Below, in pieces: positions 26,518 through 36,928 of a DNA stretch of 43,189 nt. How positions within the stretch are numbered: position 1 is the first letter of the stretch; every line of letters begins with the position of its first letter. This DNA is from Candidatus Pacearchaeota archaeon (GTDB taxonomy: Archaea > Nanobdellota > Nanobdellia > Pacearchaeales > GW2011-AR1), in NCBI GenBank assembly GCA_002688335.1, contig NZCQ01000002.1, positions 1-43,189 on the forward strand. Direction: 5' to 3'. A model generated the notes under the pieces. It made no database searches, was not told where the DNA came from, and worked only from the letters and a program-made list of their open reading frames with translations. Position numbers and translations under genes: made by a program.

Positions 26518-26669
26518 GATGTGCGAAACTTTTTATGATGAAAATGGGAAGAAATACAAAGTTAGCTGCGGAAATACTCATGAAACATTCCAAACACCCA
26601 GCCCACTAGAAAGTAAGGTAAGTTATTCACCTAAATCAGAAGGAGAGTACAGATTAGCACCTTAACAAA

Positions 26670-26942
26670 ATGTCATACGATATTCAACCACAAAGCAGAA
26701 TTGAAAGTTACAGATCTGATCAACTTCCAAGCAGAGGAGCCTACAGAGAACCGCTATTACCAACAAATCATACCGGCCATGATTATTTATCAAATTCAAC
26801 AACTAACTCACCTCATTCCGCATACCCATCAATTAAAGAAAATAGAGGGTCTTATGGAGAGATGCCTAGGGAAGAAACAGGAAATATGATCTTAAGAAAA
26901 TTCCAGCAGTTGAGCACTCGTTCTCCAATCCTAAACAATTAA
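26670..26942 (+). CDS. Hypothetical protein
   Basis: ORF track only; low-complexity, polar. Confidence 0.3.
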   Translation: MSYDIQPQSRIESYRSDQLPSRGAYREPLLPTNHTGHDYLSNSTTNSPHSAYPSIKENRGSYGEMPREETGNMILRKFQQLSTRSPILNN

Positions 26943-26944
26943 AA

Positions 26945-27487
26945 ATGGCATCAGCAAGAAAAGCATCATCATATTCGAAAAGAAAACCAGTTATTAATAC
27001 TCGAAGATCCAGAAAACAGCAGAAAAGTTACATAAAAGCAGTGCCCCCCCAAAAAATCGTAAAATTCAACATGGGAGATTACAAAGGATTCGAGGACAAC
27101 AAATACAAAATCAAAATGAGCCTTGACGCTGGAGACAACATCCAAGTAAGAGATCTTGCCCTAGAAGCAATAAGACAGTCACTAAACAAAGATATGACTA
27201 AACTAATACAGAAAAACTTTTTTCTTAGATGCAATGTTTATCCTCATAATATTTTAAGGAACAATAGAATCTTCTCAGGAGGAAGTAAAGGGGAAAGAAT
27301 TCAAACAGGTATGAAAAACAGCTTCGGAAGCCCAGAAGGCAGAGCAGCCATAGTGAAGAAAGGTAAACCAATTTTCACACTTTATTACAATGGTAATGAA
27401 CACATTCCAAAAGTAAAAACTTTCTTCAAGAAAGTAAAACCAAAACTTCCTGGAAAATCAATTGTTAGTTTTGAGAACTTGAAGTGA
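26945..27487 (+). CDS. rpl10e: Ribosomal protein L10e (uL16)
   Basis: The basic N-terminus and the segments ..KIVKFNMGD.. and ..RMRGAFGKP-like (GMKNSFGSPEGRAA) give an archaeal L10e layout. Confidence 0.8.
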   Translation: MASARKASSYSKRKPVINTRRSRKQQKSYIKAVPPQKIVKFNMGDYKGFEDNKYKIKMSLDAGDNIQVRDLALEAIRQSLNKDMTKLIQKNFFLRCNVYPHNILRNNRIFSGGSKGERIQTGMKNSFGSPEGRAAIVKKGKPIFTLYYNGNEHIPKVKTFFKKVKPKLPGKSIVSFENLK

Positions 27488-28037
27488 TTATCTAACCTTC
27501 TTTCTCTTTTCCGGCTTTTCTATTCTTTTCTTTTGACACTTTAAACAGTAAGTAACCTCTCCCCTTAAGGAAAGTCTTCTCTTGCCCTTACCCCTACTAG
27601 ACTTACCAAATCTCCTACAAGTCCCATGAATAGATCCACGACCATAAGAGGAACAAAACTCAATCAGATATCTATTTCTAATTTTTACCCCTCAGAAATT
27701 TATTACCTATGAAGTTCTCTCTTTATCACCACCACAATAAAAACTATTTTGATATTAATACAAGAAACATACAGAGAAGTAAACAAGAAATTTCCATATA
27801 GAACTCCTGAGTTTAATTCTCTCATTGATTTAAAAAAGGCTTGGCTATAATTTAGTCATTTGAGCAATTCTCCTTGCCTCTTCTCTAGCTTCAGGATCAT
27901 TCTGTAATTCTTTTAAGATCTCAACAGCAGCTCTTCTATCATAACCTTGATTTTCTTTCCCTACTTGTTCTGTAATCTGTCTTTCCATCACAGTATTTAG
28001 AAGAAGTCAGATATTATAAGGTTTTAGGTTGTGTCGG

Positions 28038-28054
28038 AATCCCTCCGGGCAAGA
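28038..28054 (-). repeat. Partial direct copy of the tRNA-Tyr 3' end
   Basis: AATCCCTCCGG(G)CAAGA versus AATCCCTCCGGCAAGA at 28498-28513. It lies between 9-bp direct repeats AGGTTTTAG (28019-28027 and 28071-28079). Confidence 0.6.
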
Positions 28055-28088
28055 GATAAACTAAATCATTAGGTTTTAGATCTTAATC

Positions 28089-28457
28089 CTACAAAGACTT
28101 TTGATCACCAGATATAGAAGGCCATCTTATTGTTAATACTGTAGAATCTTCTAATATTTCTGAAGTATGATAGATATTTGAATCCCAAAATGCATAATCT
28201 CCCTCTTTTGATAAAACGATTTCCTCATCATCCTTTGGAAATTTAAGAATCATTTTTCCTTTAATAAGCACCGAGATGGTTTTTGCAATCTTATTAGCTG
28301 CAACAGTTGGCTTTACTTCACCTTTAGAATGAACAGCCCATCTGACCTCAAAATTATGGCTTTGAAATGGAGAATCTTCCTGCATAAAGTGACCAATAAA
28401 CCACCCTCTTTTCTCCGAATCTTTTTGATGATTCAGATTTCCAGTTTCTATTTTCAT
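28089..28457 (-). CDS. Cupin-fold protein
   Basis: About 120 aa with a beta-rich pattern: GWFIGHF..FEVRW..H..G..K..L.KG.. ..GDYAFWDSNIYH. ATG at 28457. Confidence 0.55.
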   Translation of the reverse strand: MKIETGNLNHQKDSEKRGWFIGHFMQEDSPFQSHNFEVRWAVHSKGEVKPTVAANKIAKTISVLIKGKMILKFPKDDEEIVLSKEGDYAFWDSNIYHTSEILEDSTVLTIRWPSISGDQKSL

Positions 28458-28499
28458 AGCATTATATCTCAGCAGCACTTATATAATTTTATATAGAAA

Positions 28500-28571
28500 T
28501 CCCTCCGGCAAGATTCGAACTTGCTTTAAGCGGTCTACAGCCGCCTGTAATAACCATTATACGACGGAGGG
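28500..28571 (-). tRNA. tRNA-Tyr (GTA) with the archaeal/eukaryal C1:G72 pair
   Basis: CCCTCCG..GGCGG CTGTAGA CCGCT..GCAAG TTCGAAT CTTGC CGGAGGG A. Confidence 0.9.
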
Positions 28572-28651
28572 TTATATATCCCTAACCTCGCCCATATAAA
28601 AACATATGGCCCGAAGGTTAGAGGGTTAATTTTCAGAATAAGACACACTAT

Positions 28652-30025
28652 TTAAAGTTTTTCAGGTTCATTAATATAAAAAGATCTATTTGAACTAGTC
28701 TCTTTAACCTTCCCATCCCTCTCATAAACCGCATTAGCATTCGGCAGCTCAAACCTCCCAACAACCCCAATCTTAGAATAAATTATATAAGTAAATATCC
28801 TAGACTCTCCATTATTCAAGGAATCTATGTTCCACTCAAGTCTCCGGTTATTCAAATCAATACTATCTGGCTTAATAGCCCCAAACTTATCGTACAACTT
28901 AACTAACTGAGGCAGCTTATCTACAACCCTTATCCTCTCCACAAAATTCTTAGCCTTAACAATAACAGAAACCTTTAATGCAAACTCTCCCCCCTTAGTC
29001 TTAACAAAAGAAACTTTCTTCCTCAACTCCAAATTTCTATAAATAGACTTTCTAATAAAATAAACTCCAAGAAAGATCAAAATCAAGATGATAAAAGGAT
29101 AAAACCAATTTGTCTCAATTCTCAAATTCAGCTCATCTCCAGGAATCAACTCCTTCTCCCAATAATAAACTCTCTTAAAACCCTCCGAATCTATCTTATT
29201 AGGGTTTATACTATAAGTAGTAAACAAATAAGAAATAAAATTCTTTTCCAATTCATAATGAGCTGTTTTCCTCACATTGCCAACATTCTTCTTCACAAGA
29301 TCAATCCTACGTACTAAAAATCCCCCATTACTCTCAGAAGATTCTATATTTTCTTGCTCTAGAAAATTAATCTGAGCTTCAACATTATCAGACTTACCAT
29401 CTAAAGATACCTTAGAGTTCATCAAATATTTCCCAGCATTAAGTGATCCTATAAATTTCTTATCAAAATTCAAATCGACCTCTTTTATCTCCTTAGGCTC
29501 AAAAGAAATAGTCTCTTCCACATCAAAAAAAGCAGAAGTAAACTTGAAACCCACATTATCAAAACCCTTATTCAAATTATTCTTTAATAACAAAGATATC
29601 TTATCCGAGCCCGGATTAATATTCTCCGGAGTTATAGAAAAAATAGAATCAATCCCGATTATCCTCATGGAGAGACTATTCTCGCTAATCTCGTTCTTAG
29701 AATTCTTAATCTTATAAATAAAATTCAATGGCAACTCCCTTTTTTGTCTTAAAGATTCTTGAGGAACAACATTTATCTTCATCTTTCTCTCATCTCCAGA
29801 ATTCAATACAAAAGATTCCGGACTAATATCCACCCCCACTAGAGAATAGATCTCAAAATCCCCAGAATCATCCAGATTAGTAATGCTCAATTCAAAAACC
29901 GCCGGCTCATTTAGTTCAAGAATAAAGCTATCCTGAACAGGAACGCTCGAAACTTCCAGATTCATAGATAAAGCAAAAGGAAGAAGCAATAAACCAAATA
30001 GCAATCCAAAAACTCTTTTTTCCAT
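28652..30025 (-). CDS. Secreted/surface protein with an N-terminal signal peptide and one TM helix near residue 320
   Basis: MEKRVFGLLFGLLLLPFALS signal-like N-terminus, beta-rich repeats, and the helix FYPFIILILIFLGVYFI. Confidence 0.55.
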   Translation of the reverse strand: MEKRVFGLLFGLLLLPFALSMNLEVSSVPVQDSFILELNEPAVFELSITNLDDSGDFEIYSLVGVDISPESFVLNSGDERKMKINVVPQESLRQKRELPLNFIYKIKNSKNEISENSLSMRIIGIDSIFSITPENINPGSDKISLLLKNNLNKGFDNVGFKFTSAFFDVEETISFEPKEIKEVDLNFDKKFIGSLNAGKYLMNSKVSLDGKSDNVEAQINFLEQENIESSESNGGFLVRRIDLVKKNVGNVRKTAHYELEKNFISYLFTTYSINPNKIDSEGFKRVYYWEKELIPGDELNLRIETNWFYPFIILILIFLGVYFIRKSIYRNLELRKKVSFVKTKGGEFALKVSVIVKAKNFVERIRVVDKLPQLVKLYDKFGAIKPDSIDLNNRRLEWNIDSLNNGESRIFTYIIYSKIGVVGRFELPNANAVYERDGKVKETSSNRSFYINEPEKL

Positions 30026-30123
30026 GAAATATCTTTATCCACAATAATTTATAAGCATATATATAGAAAAAAACATACTTAGAAGGGAGTTTAAAATTAC
30101 ATTATTTCAAGGGCCTCTACAAA

Positions 30124-30627
30124 TTAAAAGTCATGCAAACCTTCCAAGGTCAAGAATGATTTCGCTTGCTCTATAAACTCGCTAACTTCTTCAAAAACCC
30201 TATCCTCATATCCCTTAATTCTCTCCTTTATGATATATTTGTCATATATTTCCCTCAAACGTTTAAAAAACATATTTTCCCATTCACCATTAACATCCTT
30301 CATCAGAGAAGCCGAGAAAGTTACCTCTAAAGTACCAGAATCCATGGAAACTTCCTGCCCATTTTTCTTAACCTGAACCTTCTTCATACCTAAGATTATC
30401 CAATCAATCTTTATCTCTATCCCAAAGTAATTAGATAAATCGCTAGTAGCCACCCAGCCTATTTCAACTTCCTTAGAATCTCCCTTAGTTTTCTCCAGAT
30501 ATCTAGCCTCATGTAAATCATAACCAAAATCAACAATAGTCACATATAAAAACTCATAAAAATCTTTAAAGTTAAAAATACCAGATTGTTTTATCTTTCC
30601 TTTATAAACACTATCTTTTTCAGCCAT
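30124..30627 (-). CDS. Orphan protein, tandem paralog B
   Basis: MAEKDSVYKGKIKQSGIFNFKDFYEFLY.. is clearly paralogous to the upstream gene. Confidence 0.55.
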   Translation of the reverse strand: MAEKDSVYKGKIKQSGIFNFKDFYEFLYVTIVDFGYDLHEARYLEKTKGDSKEVEIGWVATSDLSNYFGIEIKIDWIILGMKKVQVKKNGQEVSMDSGTLEVTFSASLMKDVNGEWENMFFKRLREIYDKYIIKERIKGYEDRVFEEVSEFIEQAKSFLTLEGLHDF

Positions 30628-30653
30628 ATTATAATTCACAAACAATAAAATAA

Positions 30654-31154
30654 TCAACGTTGACCTTCAACTGCTAAGAATGATTTTGCCTGTGCGATCG
30701 CTTCTTTAATCTCTTCGAAAAGCTTAATTCCATAATCATCTATCCTCGACTTAATAATATATCTATCATAGATTCCCCTCAAAAACTTCCAAAACGGAGC
30801 ATTTTCCCACCGATTCTCCCAATCACGCACAAGAACAGAATCAAATTTTATCTCTAAAGTTCCAGAATCCATACTAACCTCTTCCCCTTCTTTCTTAACC
30901 TTAACTTTCTTCATCCCCAAAATAAACCAATGAGCAGAGATCTCAAAACTAAAATAATCCGAAACCTCCTTAATAGCCGTCCACTTAATCTCAACATCTT
31001 TAGAATCTCCCTTAATCTTCTCAACATATTTCTTCTCAATAATATAATAATTCTCATCAACAAGATAATCATATAAAAACTCATAAAAATCTTTAAAATT
31101 AAAAATACCAGACTGTCTAATCTTTCCCTTGTATATCCTATCTCTCTCAGCCAT
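30654..31154 (-). CDS. Orphan protein, tandem paralog A
   Basis: MAERDRIYKGKIRQSGIFNFKDFYEFLY..ILGMKKVKVKK.G.EVSMDSGTLE.. with GAGGT upstream of the ATG at 31154. Confidence 0.55.
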   Translation of the reverse strand: MAERDRIYKGKIRQSGIFNFKDFYEFLYDYLVDENYYIIEKKYVEKIKGDSKDVEIKWTAIKEVSDYFSFEISAHWFILGMKKVKVKKEGEEVSMDSGTLEIKFDSVLVRDWENRWENAPFWKFLRGIYDRYIIKSRIDDYGIKLFEEIKEAIAQAKSFLAVEGQR

Positions 31155-31168
31155 AACAACTACCTCTC

Positions 31169-31267
31169 TAAGAACCTTATATATTTGACATTTGCGAAGC
31201 AAATCGCATATAAAGTTCTTCTTAGAGAACGAGAAAAACGGAGTTTTTCAAAGTTCTCTTCATAAAC
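31169..31267 (+). repeat. R1 double-hairpin repeat, copy 2
   Basis: Outer stem AGAACCTTATAT/ATATAAAGTTCT, inner stem ATTTGC-GAA-GCAAAT, then AGAGAAC-[GAAAAAC GGA GTTTTTC]-AAAGTTCTCT. Confidence 0.7.
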
Positions 31268-31303
31268 AAAACAAAAAGCATATTTAAATATGTTGATTTA
31301 AAA

Positions 31304-31807
31304 CTAATCCCTACAATCCCGGCAAACCAATCTATCATCAACACTATACAAAAGATCAAATTTCTCGCATTTATCGCATATTCCTTCTTTAATGACATTC
31401 CCTACTTCCTTTCTTTCATATCCTTCTTTAGCAATCTCAAATAATTCCGGCTGAATCCTCAAAACATCTTTCAAAGTTAAAATACCAATAACTTTCTTCT
31501 TAATAACAACCGGCAGTCTTCTAAATTTAGACCTCCTCATAGTCCTAACAGCATCATGAATATCTGCTGAAGGCCTTATAGTTGTTATCTTCCTTGTACA
31601 AATATCCTCAACCACCACATCCTTCAAATCTCTCTTCTTACTCAAAGCCCACATAACATCCTTCTCCGTTAAAATTCCCTTCAGAATTCCTCGATCTTGT
31701 AAAATCAAACTACCCACCCTCTTTTTAACCATCAAATCAACTGCAGAAAGAACAGAGATATCTGGCCTAACAGAAATAAATGAACGCGCCATAACATCTC
31801 CTACCAT
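31304..31807 (-). CDS. CBS-domain pair protein with a C-terminal zinc ribbon
   Basis: Two CBS-like units (VGDVMARSFISV.. and ICTRKITTIRP..), then CDKC..(13)..CRDC. Confidence 0.75.
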   Translation of the reverse strand: MVGDVMARSFISVRPDISVLSAVDLMVKKRVGSLILQDRGILKGILTEKDVMWALSKKRDLKDVVVEDICTRKITTIRPSADIHDAVRTMRRSKFRRLPVVIKKKVIGILTLKDVLRIQPELFEIAKEGYERKEVGNVIKEGICDKCEKFDLLYSVDDRLVCRDCRD

Positions 31808-31960
31808 TATGCCTAATTTTATTCCACTTTTCACCAATCAATTAAGCTAAGCAAACTTTTATAATTATCGAATCCACATAATAATATACTCAATAATATA
31901 TTTTACAGAATATATATTTACACTTAAAAATATTTAAAAGTCAAATCACTAAGTAATTAT

Positions 31961-32235
31961 ATGAACTTAGAAAAAGCTAAAAATTGCATAGATGTAAGGA
32001 GGAAATATAAAAAGTATAGGGGAGAAAAAATAGGATTCATAAGAAAAGATTTCCCAAATAAATTCTACAAACGTGGAGAAGTTATCCTATTCAAAAAACA
32101 ATCTGACGGGTTTTTCACAGTTCAAAAACCCATTTCAACAAGAGAAATGAGAAAAACAAAAAGAAAGGGTTGCTTAATAACAAGCATCGGAATGACAACA
32201 GGAGTTCCCAAGAGTTATTTAGGGAGTTTTAGAAA

Positions 32236-32239
<4 letters not shown>
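31961..32239 (+). CDS. Small basic hypothetical protein, translationally coupled to the thermosome gene
   Basis: 92 aa. Its stop overlaps the thermosome ATG (ATGA). Confidence 0.4.
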
Positions 32240-33852
<1,613 letters not shown>

Positions 33853-33877
33853 GATTAGTTAATCATATTAATTAAAA

Positions 33878-34264
33878 ATGAAGAATAATAACTTAGAGTT
33901 AAGATTTGATCTCTTTGGATTCATATCATTATTTTTGACTTTCATTTCGTTATTATTTGCGTTCGGATTGTCATTAGAATTTATGATCCTATCTCTAGGG
34001 GTATTTTTATTAACAATTGCTTCATATTTATTCCTATCAATTAAAACATTAATTAACATCCAAGGCAAAGAGATAAAAAAGACAAATGAAAAGATTAATA
34101 TATACAAAGACATATATGACTTAAAAGCAAAGGTAGATCTGTTATTTAACATGAAAAAAAGAGGAAACATAGATTTGACTGAAATATTAATGAGGTTGAT
34201 TCAAATAGGAGCAATCGTATTCGCAGCCTACATAATCCTAAAATCCTTAGGAATCCTACAATAA
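33878..34264 (+). CDS. Membrane protein
   Basis: ORF track; three hydrophobic helices. Confidence 0.4.
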   Translation: MKNNNLELRFDLFGFISLFLTFISLLFAFGLSLEFMILSLGVFLLTIASYLFLSIKTLINIQGKEIKKTNEKINIYKDIYDLKAKVDLLFNMKKRGNIDLTEILMRLIQIGAIVFAAYIILKSLGILQ

Positions 34265-34276
34265 AAATAACTGAAC

Positions 34277-34831
34277 ATGAAACTAGCTAAAACCACAATA
34301 TTTATAATAGTCATAGCAATTATTGCATTGATACTAATTAACATGAACATGGAAACAACAAACACAAATAATCAAAAAGTAAAACTTGAAACAAATCATG
34401 GAGATATAGCCATAGAACTATACAATGATATGCCGATAACAACAAATAATTTCATAAATCTAACAAAAAAAGGAACATACAACAATGTAATCTTCCATAG
34501 AATAATTCCAGACTTCATGATCCAAGGAGGAGATCCAACAGGAACAGGATACGGAGATCCAAACATCCCAAACATCCAAGACGAATTTACTCACGCTGGA
34601 GGAAATAAGAACAACCGAGGAACAATCTCAATGGCAAACGCAGGGCCCAACACAGGAAGCAGTCAATTCTTCATCAACTTAAGAGACAACAACTTTCTAG
34701 ATGATAAACATCCAGTATTCGGAGAAGTCATCGAAGGAATGGATATTGTTGACAAAATAGTAACCTTACAAAGAGATGCTAACGATAGGCCCTTAGAAGA
34801 AGTTAAGATAATTAAAGCGAGCTTGATCTAA
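34277..34831 (+). CDS. Cyclophilin-type peptidyl-prolyl isomerase with an N-terminal membrane anchor or signal
   Basis: FHRIIPDFMIQGGDPTGTG..GTISMANAGPNTGSSQFFINL..HPVFGEV. Confidence 0.9.
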   Translation: MKLAKTTIFIIVIAIIALILINMNMETTNTNNQKVKLETNHGDIAIELYNDMPITTNNFINLTKKGTYNNVIFHRIIPDFMIQGGDPTGTGYGDPNIPNIQDEFTHAGGNKNNRGTISMANAGPNTGSSQFFINLRDNNFLDDKHPVFGEVIEGMDIVDKIVTLQRDANDRPLEEVKIIKASLI

Positions 34832-34851
34832 ATAAACTTAATAAGAATAAT

Positions 34852-35028
34852 ATGACATCATCAGATTTTCTATATAGTATGAATTCCAATTTGGAAGAAG
34901 TTCGCCAAGAAAGAAAAACATTAAGATCAAAAATACAACAACAACTAAGAGAAATATCTGAACAAGAGTTAATTGCCGCGTTAGATCCAGAAAAATTTTC
35001 TTATAAAAGAAGTGCGCCATTTCACTAG
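34852..35028 (+). CDS. 58-aa ORF ending at a TAG, after which the same frame stays open for 60 more codons
   Basis: My own translation is MTSSDFLYSMNSNLEEVRQERKTLRSKIQQQLREISEQELIAALDPEKFSYKRSAPFH, then TAG. It continues EYYDRKLEGITIFLNNILGELKLRVIYNIHGIGEYSRSFNGPDIEDLFSKINQSSYDPNP to a TAA at 35209-35211. Confidence 0.3.
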   Translation: MTSSDFLYSMNSNLEEVRQERKTLRSKIQQQLREISEQELIAALDPEKFSYKRSAPFH

Positions 35029-35231
35029 GAATATTATGACCGAAAATTAGAAGGGATTACCATATTTCTAAATAATATCCTTGGAGAGTTAAAATTAAGA
35101 GTAATATATAATATACATGGAATAGGAGAATATTCAAGGTCATTCAATGGCCCAGATATAGAAGACTTATTCTCTAAAATAAATCAAAGTAGTTATGATC
35201 CGAACCCTTAATTATTCCACTACCAAAAACC

Positions 35232-35438
35232 TTACAACAATCCCAACCTATACAAACCATAACCAACCCACAAAACAAGAACTAAATACAACAAACTCCA
35301 ACCCTTAACCATTGGGAACCACTTACTCAAACCCTTAAAATTCTTCTTATACCATTTAGCACAACAATAAGTCGCAATGTTCGCAAACAAGCTATCCAAC
35401 AAAACCAAATAAAATATTACCCCCTCTATGCTAACCAT
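35232..35438 (-). CDS. Small membrane protein
   Basis: Two helices flanking CCAKWYKKNFKG. ATG at 35438. Confidence 0.4.
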   Translation of the reverse strand: MVSIEGVIFYLVLLDSLFANIATYCCAKWYKKNFKGLSKWFPMVKGWSLLYLVLVLWVGYGLYRLGLL

Positions 35439-35570
35439 AAACAGTCTAATCAATCAGCATATTTAAATGTTGTCTAATTAGCTCCATCCATAAACTAAAT
35501 TCTATCCATAAAGTGTCTATAAAGTCATATCAATAATAATTCTCATATAGTCGTGATATTAGTGAATAAA

Positions 35571-36083
35571 ATGAGTAAATCACAAAAAATAGAGGATAGA
35601 AAGAAAGGTGTCAACTTAATTAAAGATGGATGTGCTCTTATTGACACTAGCAGTAGAACAAAAATAGTTAAAGAAAAAAGTGTGTTAGCATTAGTTTCTA
35701 AAGATTTTAATTTTACCATAATGATTCATTCTAAAGAAAAGAAAAAAATACTAAGGAGGTTATTGAAACATAATAATGAAAATAGATCTTACCACATTAT
35801 GCACTCTGTAAAAATATATTATGCAATAAAAGACTATATTGACATATGTCCTGCATTTTACATTTGTTGTGAGGGATTTAATAAGGGTTTGCTTAAACAT
35901 TACCTTAAGAAGATTTTTAATAATAAATATCATGAAAATAAAATAAACATTTTAATGTCTTTAAAGCCCCTATTTGGTAGAAAAAACATAGCAGATAGAA
36001 CTGCATGGGATGTTAACAAGAAAGGGAAAAAACCCACAATGATCTTAAAAGAAAAACATTTTGAGAAACTGCACCTCTTATAA
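35571..36083 (+). CDS. Hypothetical basic protein
   Basis: ORF track, with the ATG at 35571. I recognise no motif. Confidence 0.4.
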   Translation: MSKSQKIEDRKKGVNLIKDGCALIDTSSRTKIVKEKSVLALVSKDFNFTIMIHSKEKKKILRRLLKHNNENRSYHIMHSVKIYYAIKDYIDICPAFYICCEGFNKGLLKHYLKKIFNNKYHENKINILMSLKPLFGRKNIADRTAWDVNKKGKKPTMILKEKHFEKLHLL

Positions 36084-36344
36084 CAAGAATCAGGAGAAAG
36101 GGATTGCCCGAACCTTGAGTTCGGCTACATATAAAAATGTAGGTTCCTCAAGCATCCTCCATCAAATTCCCGCTACAATAATAGTTATGCGCACATATAT
36201 ATAAATGTTTGTGCAGTTCAAAACTTGTAGAACCAGGGGACATATGTCTCCTGGTTGAATCGGTTATTTATACATAAATTTTAGGCCTCTTCGCTAATCC
36301 CATTGATAATGTATAAATCCATATTAGTATTTTGCTACCCATAT

Positions 36345-36515
36345 TAAAGAGACACTCACTTTTCCACAGATACTAAAGAGAACTTTGCATAATTGACATT
36401 TCCGAAGGAAATCACAGCAAAGTTCTCCAAACATTAAGTAAGATGAATTACAGGAGCTAACAATATTTCTAGCGAGGAAATTTGACGAAGTCAATTTCGA
36501 AAGCTGATTTATTAA
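36345..36515 (+). repeat. R1-related structured locus, copy 3 (candidate sRNA)
   Basis: AGAGAACTTTGC..ATTTCC GAA GGAAAT..GCAAAGTTCTC, plus a downstream hairpin GAAATTTGAC GAA GTCAATTTC. Flanks are homologous to 38662-38920. Confidence 0.55.
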
Positions 36516-36662
36516 ATCAATCTGAAAAATTATTTAAATTATGGAAAAAGAATCAAAAGTTCCATAAAAAACCTGTAATCCGCTTTCAGTAGTAATTATC
36601 ATCCAAAATCTTTAAAAACCGATTAAATTTCCTTAACGTAAGTAAACAACCATATTTTAAAA

Positions 36663-36881
36663 ATGGAAGAAGAAATGACAAATAATGAAATGGTTTCAGA
36701 AGAAACTTCTGAACCAACATCTGTTGAAACAACTGAATCAGAAACATCTGATGCAGAAGCTGAAACAACACCAGAAGATGCAACAGCAGATACAGAAGAA
36801 ACAGAGGAAGAAGTAGAAGAAGCCCTTAGTGATGGGGACGATTCTATTGAAACAGATCCCTCTGAAGAAGATTCAGAATAA
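36663..36881 (+). CDS. Extremely acidic 72-aa protein (E/D/T/S-rich)
   Basis: ORF track. It is low-complexity, so its coding status is uncertain. Confidence 0.35.
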   Translation: MEEEMTNNEMVSEETSEPTSVETTESETSDAEAETTPEDATADTEETEEEVEEALSDGDDSIETDPSEEDSE

Positions 36882-36928
36882 ACTCGTTTTTATCTAACTT
36901 ATTTTTATTTATTATTTTATTTATTTTT

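Noticed and set aside
36586-36783. Track ORF antisense to the acidic mini-ORF
   Set aside because: It is the low-complexity mirror of a GAA/GAT-rich tract, with no independent support.
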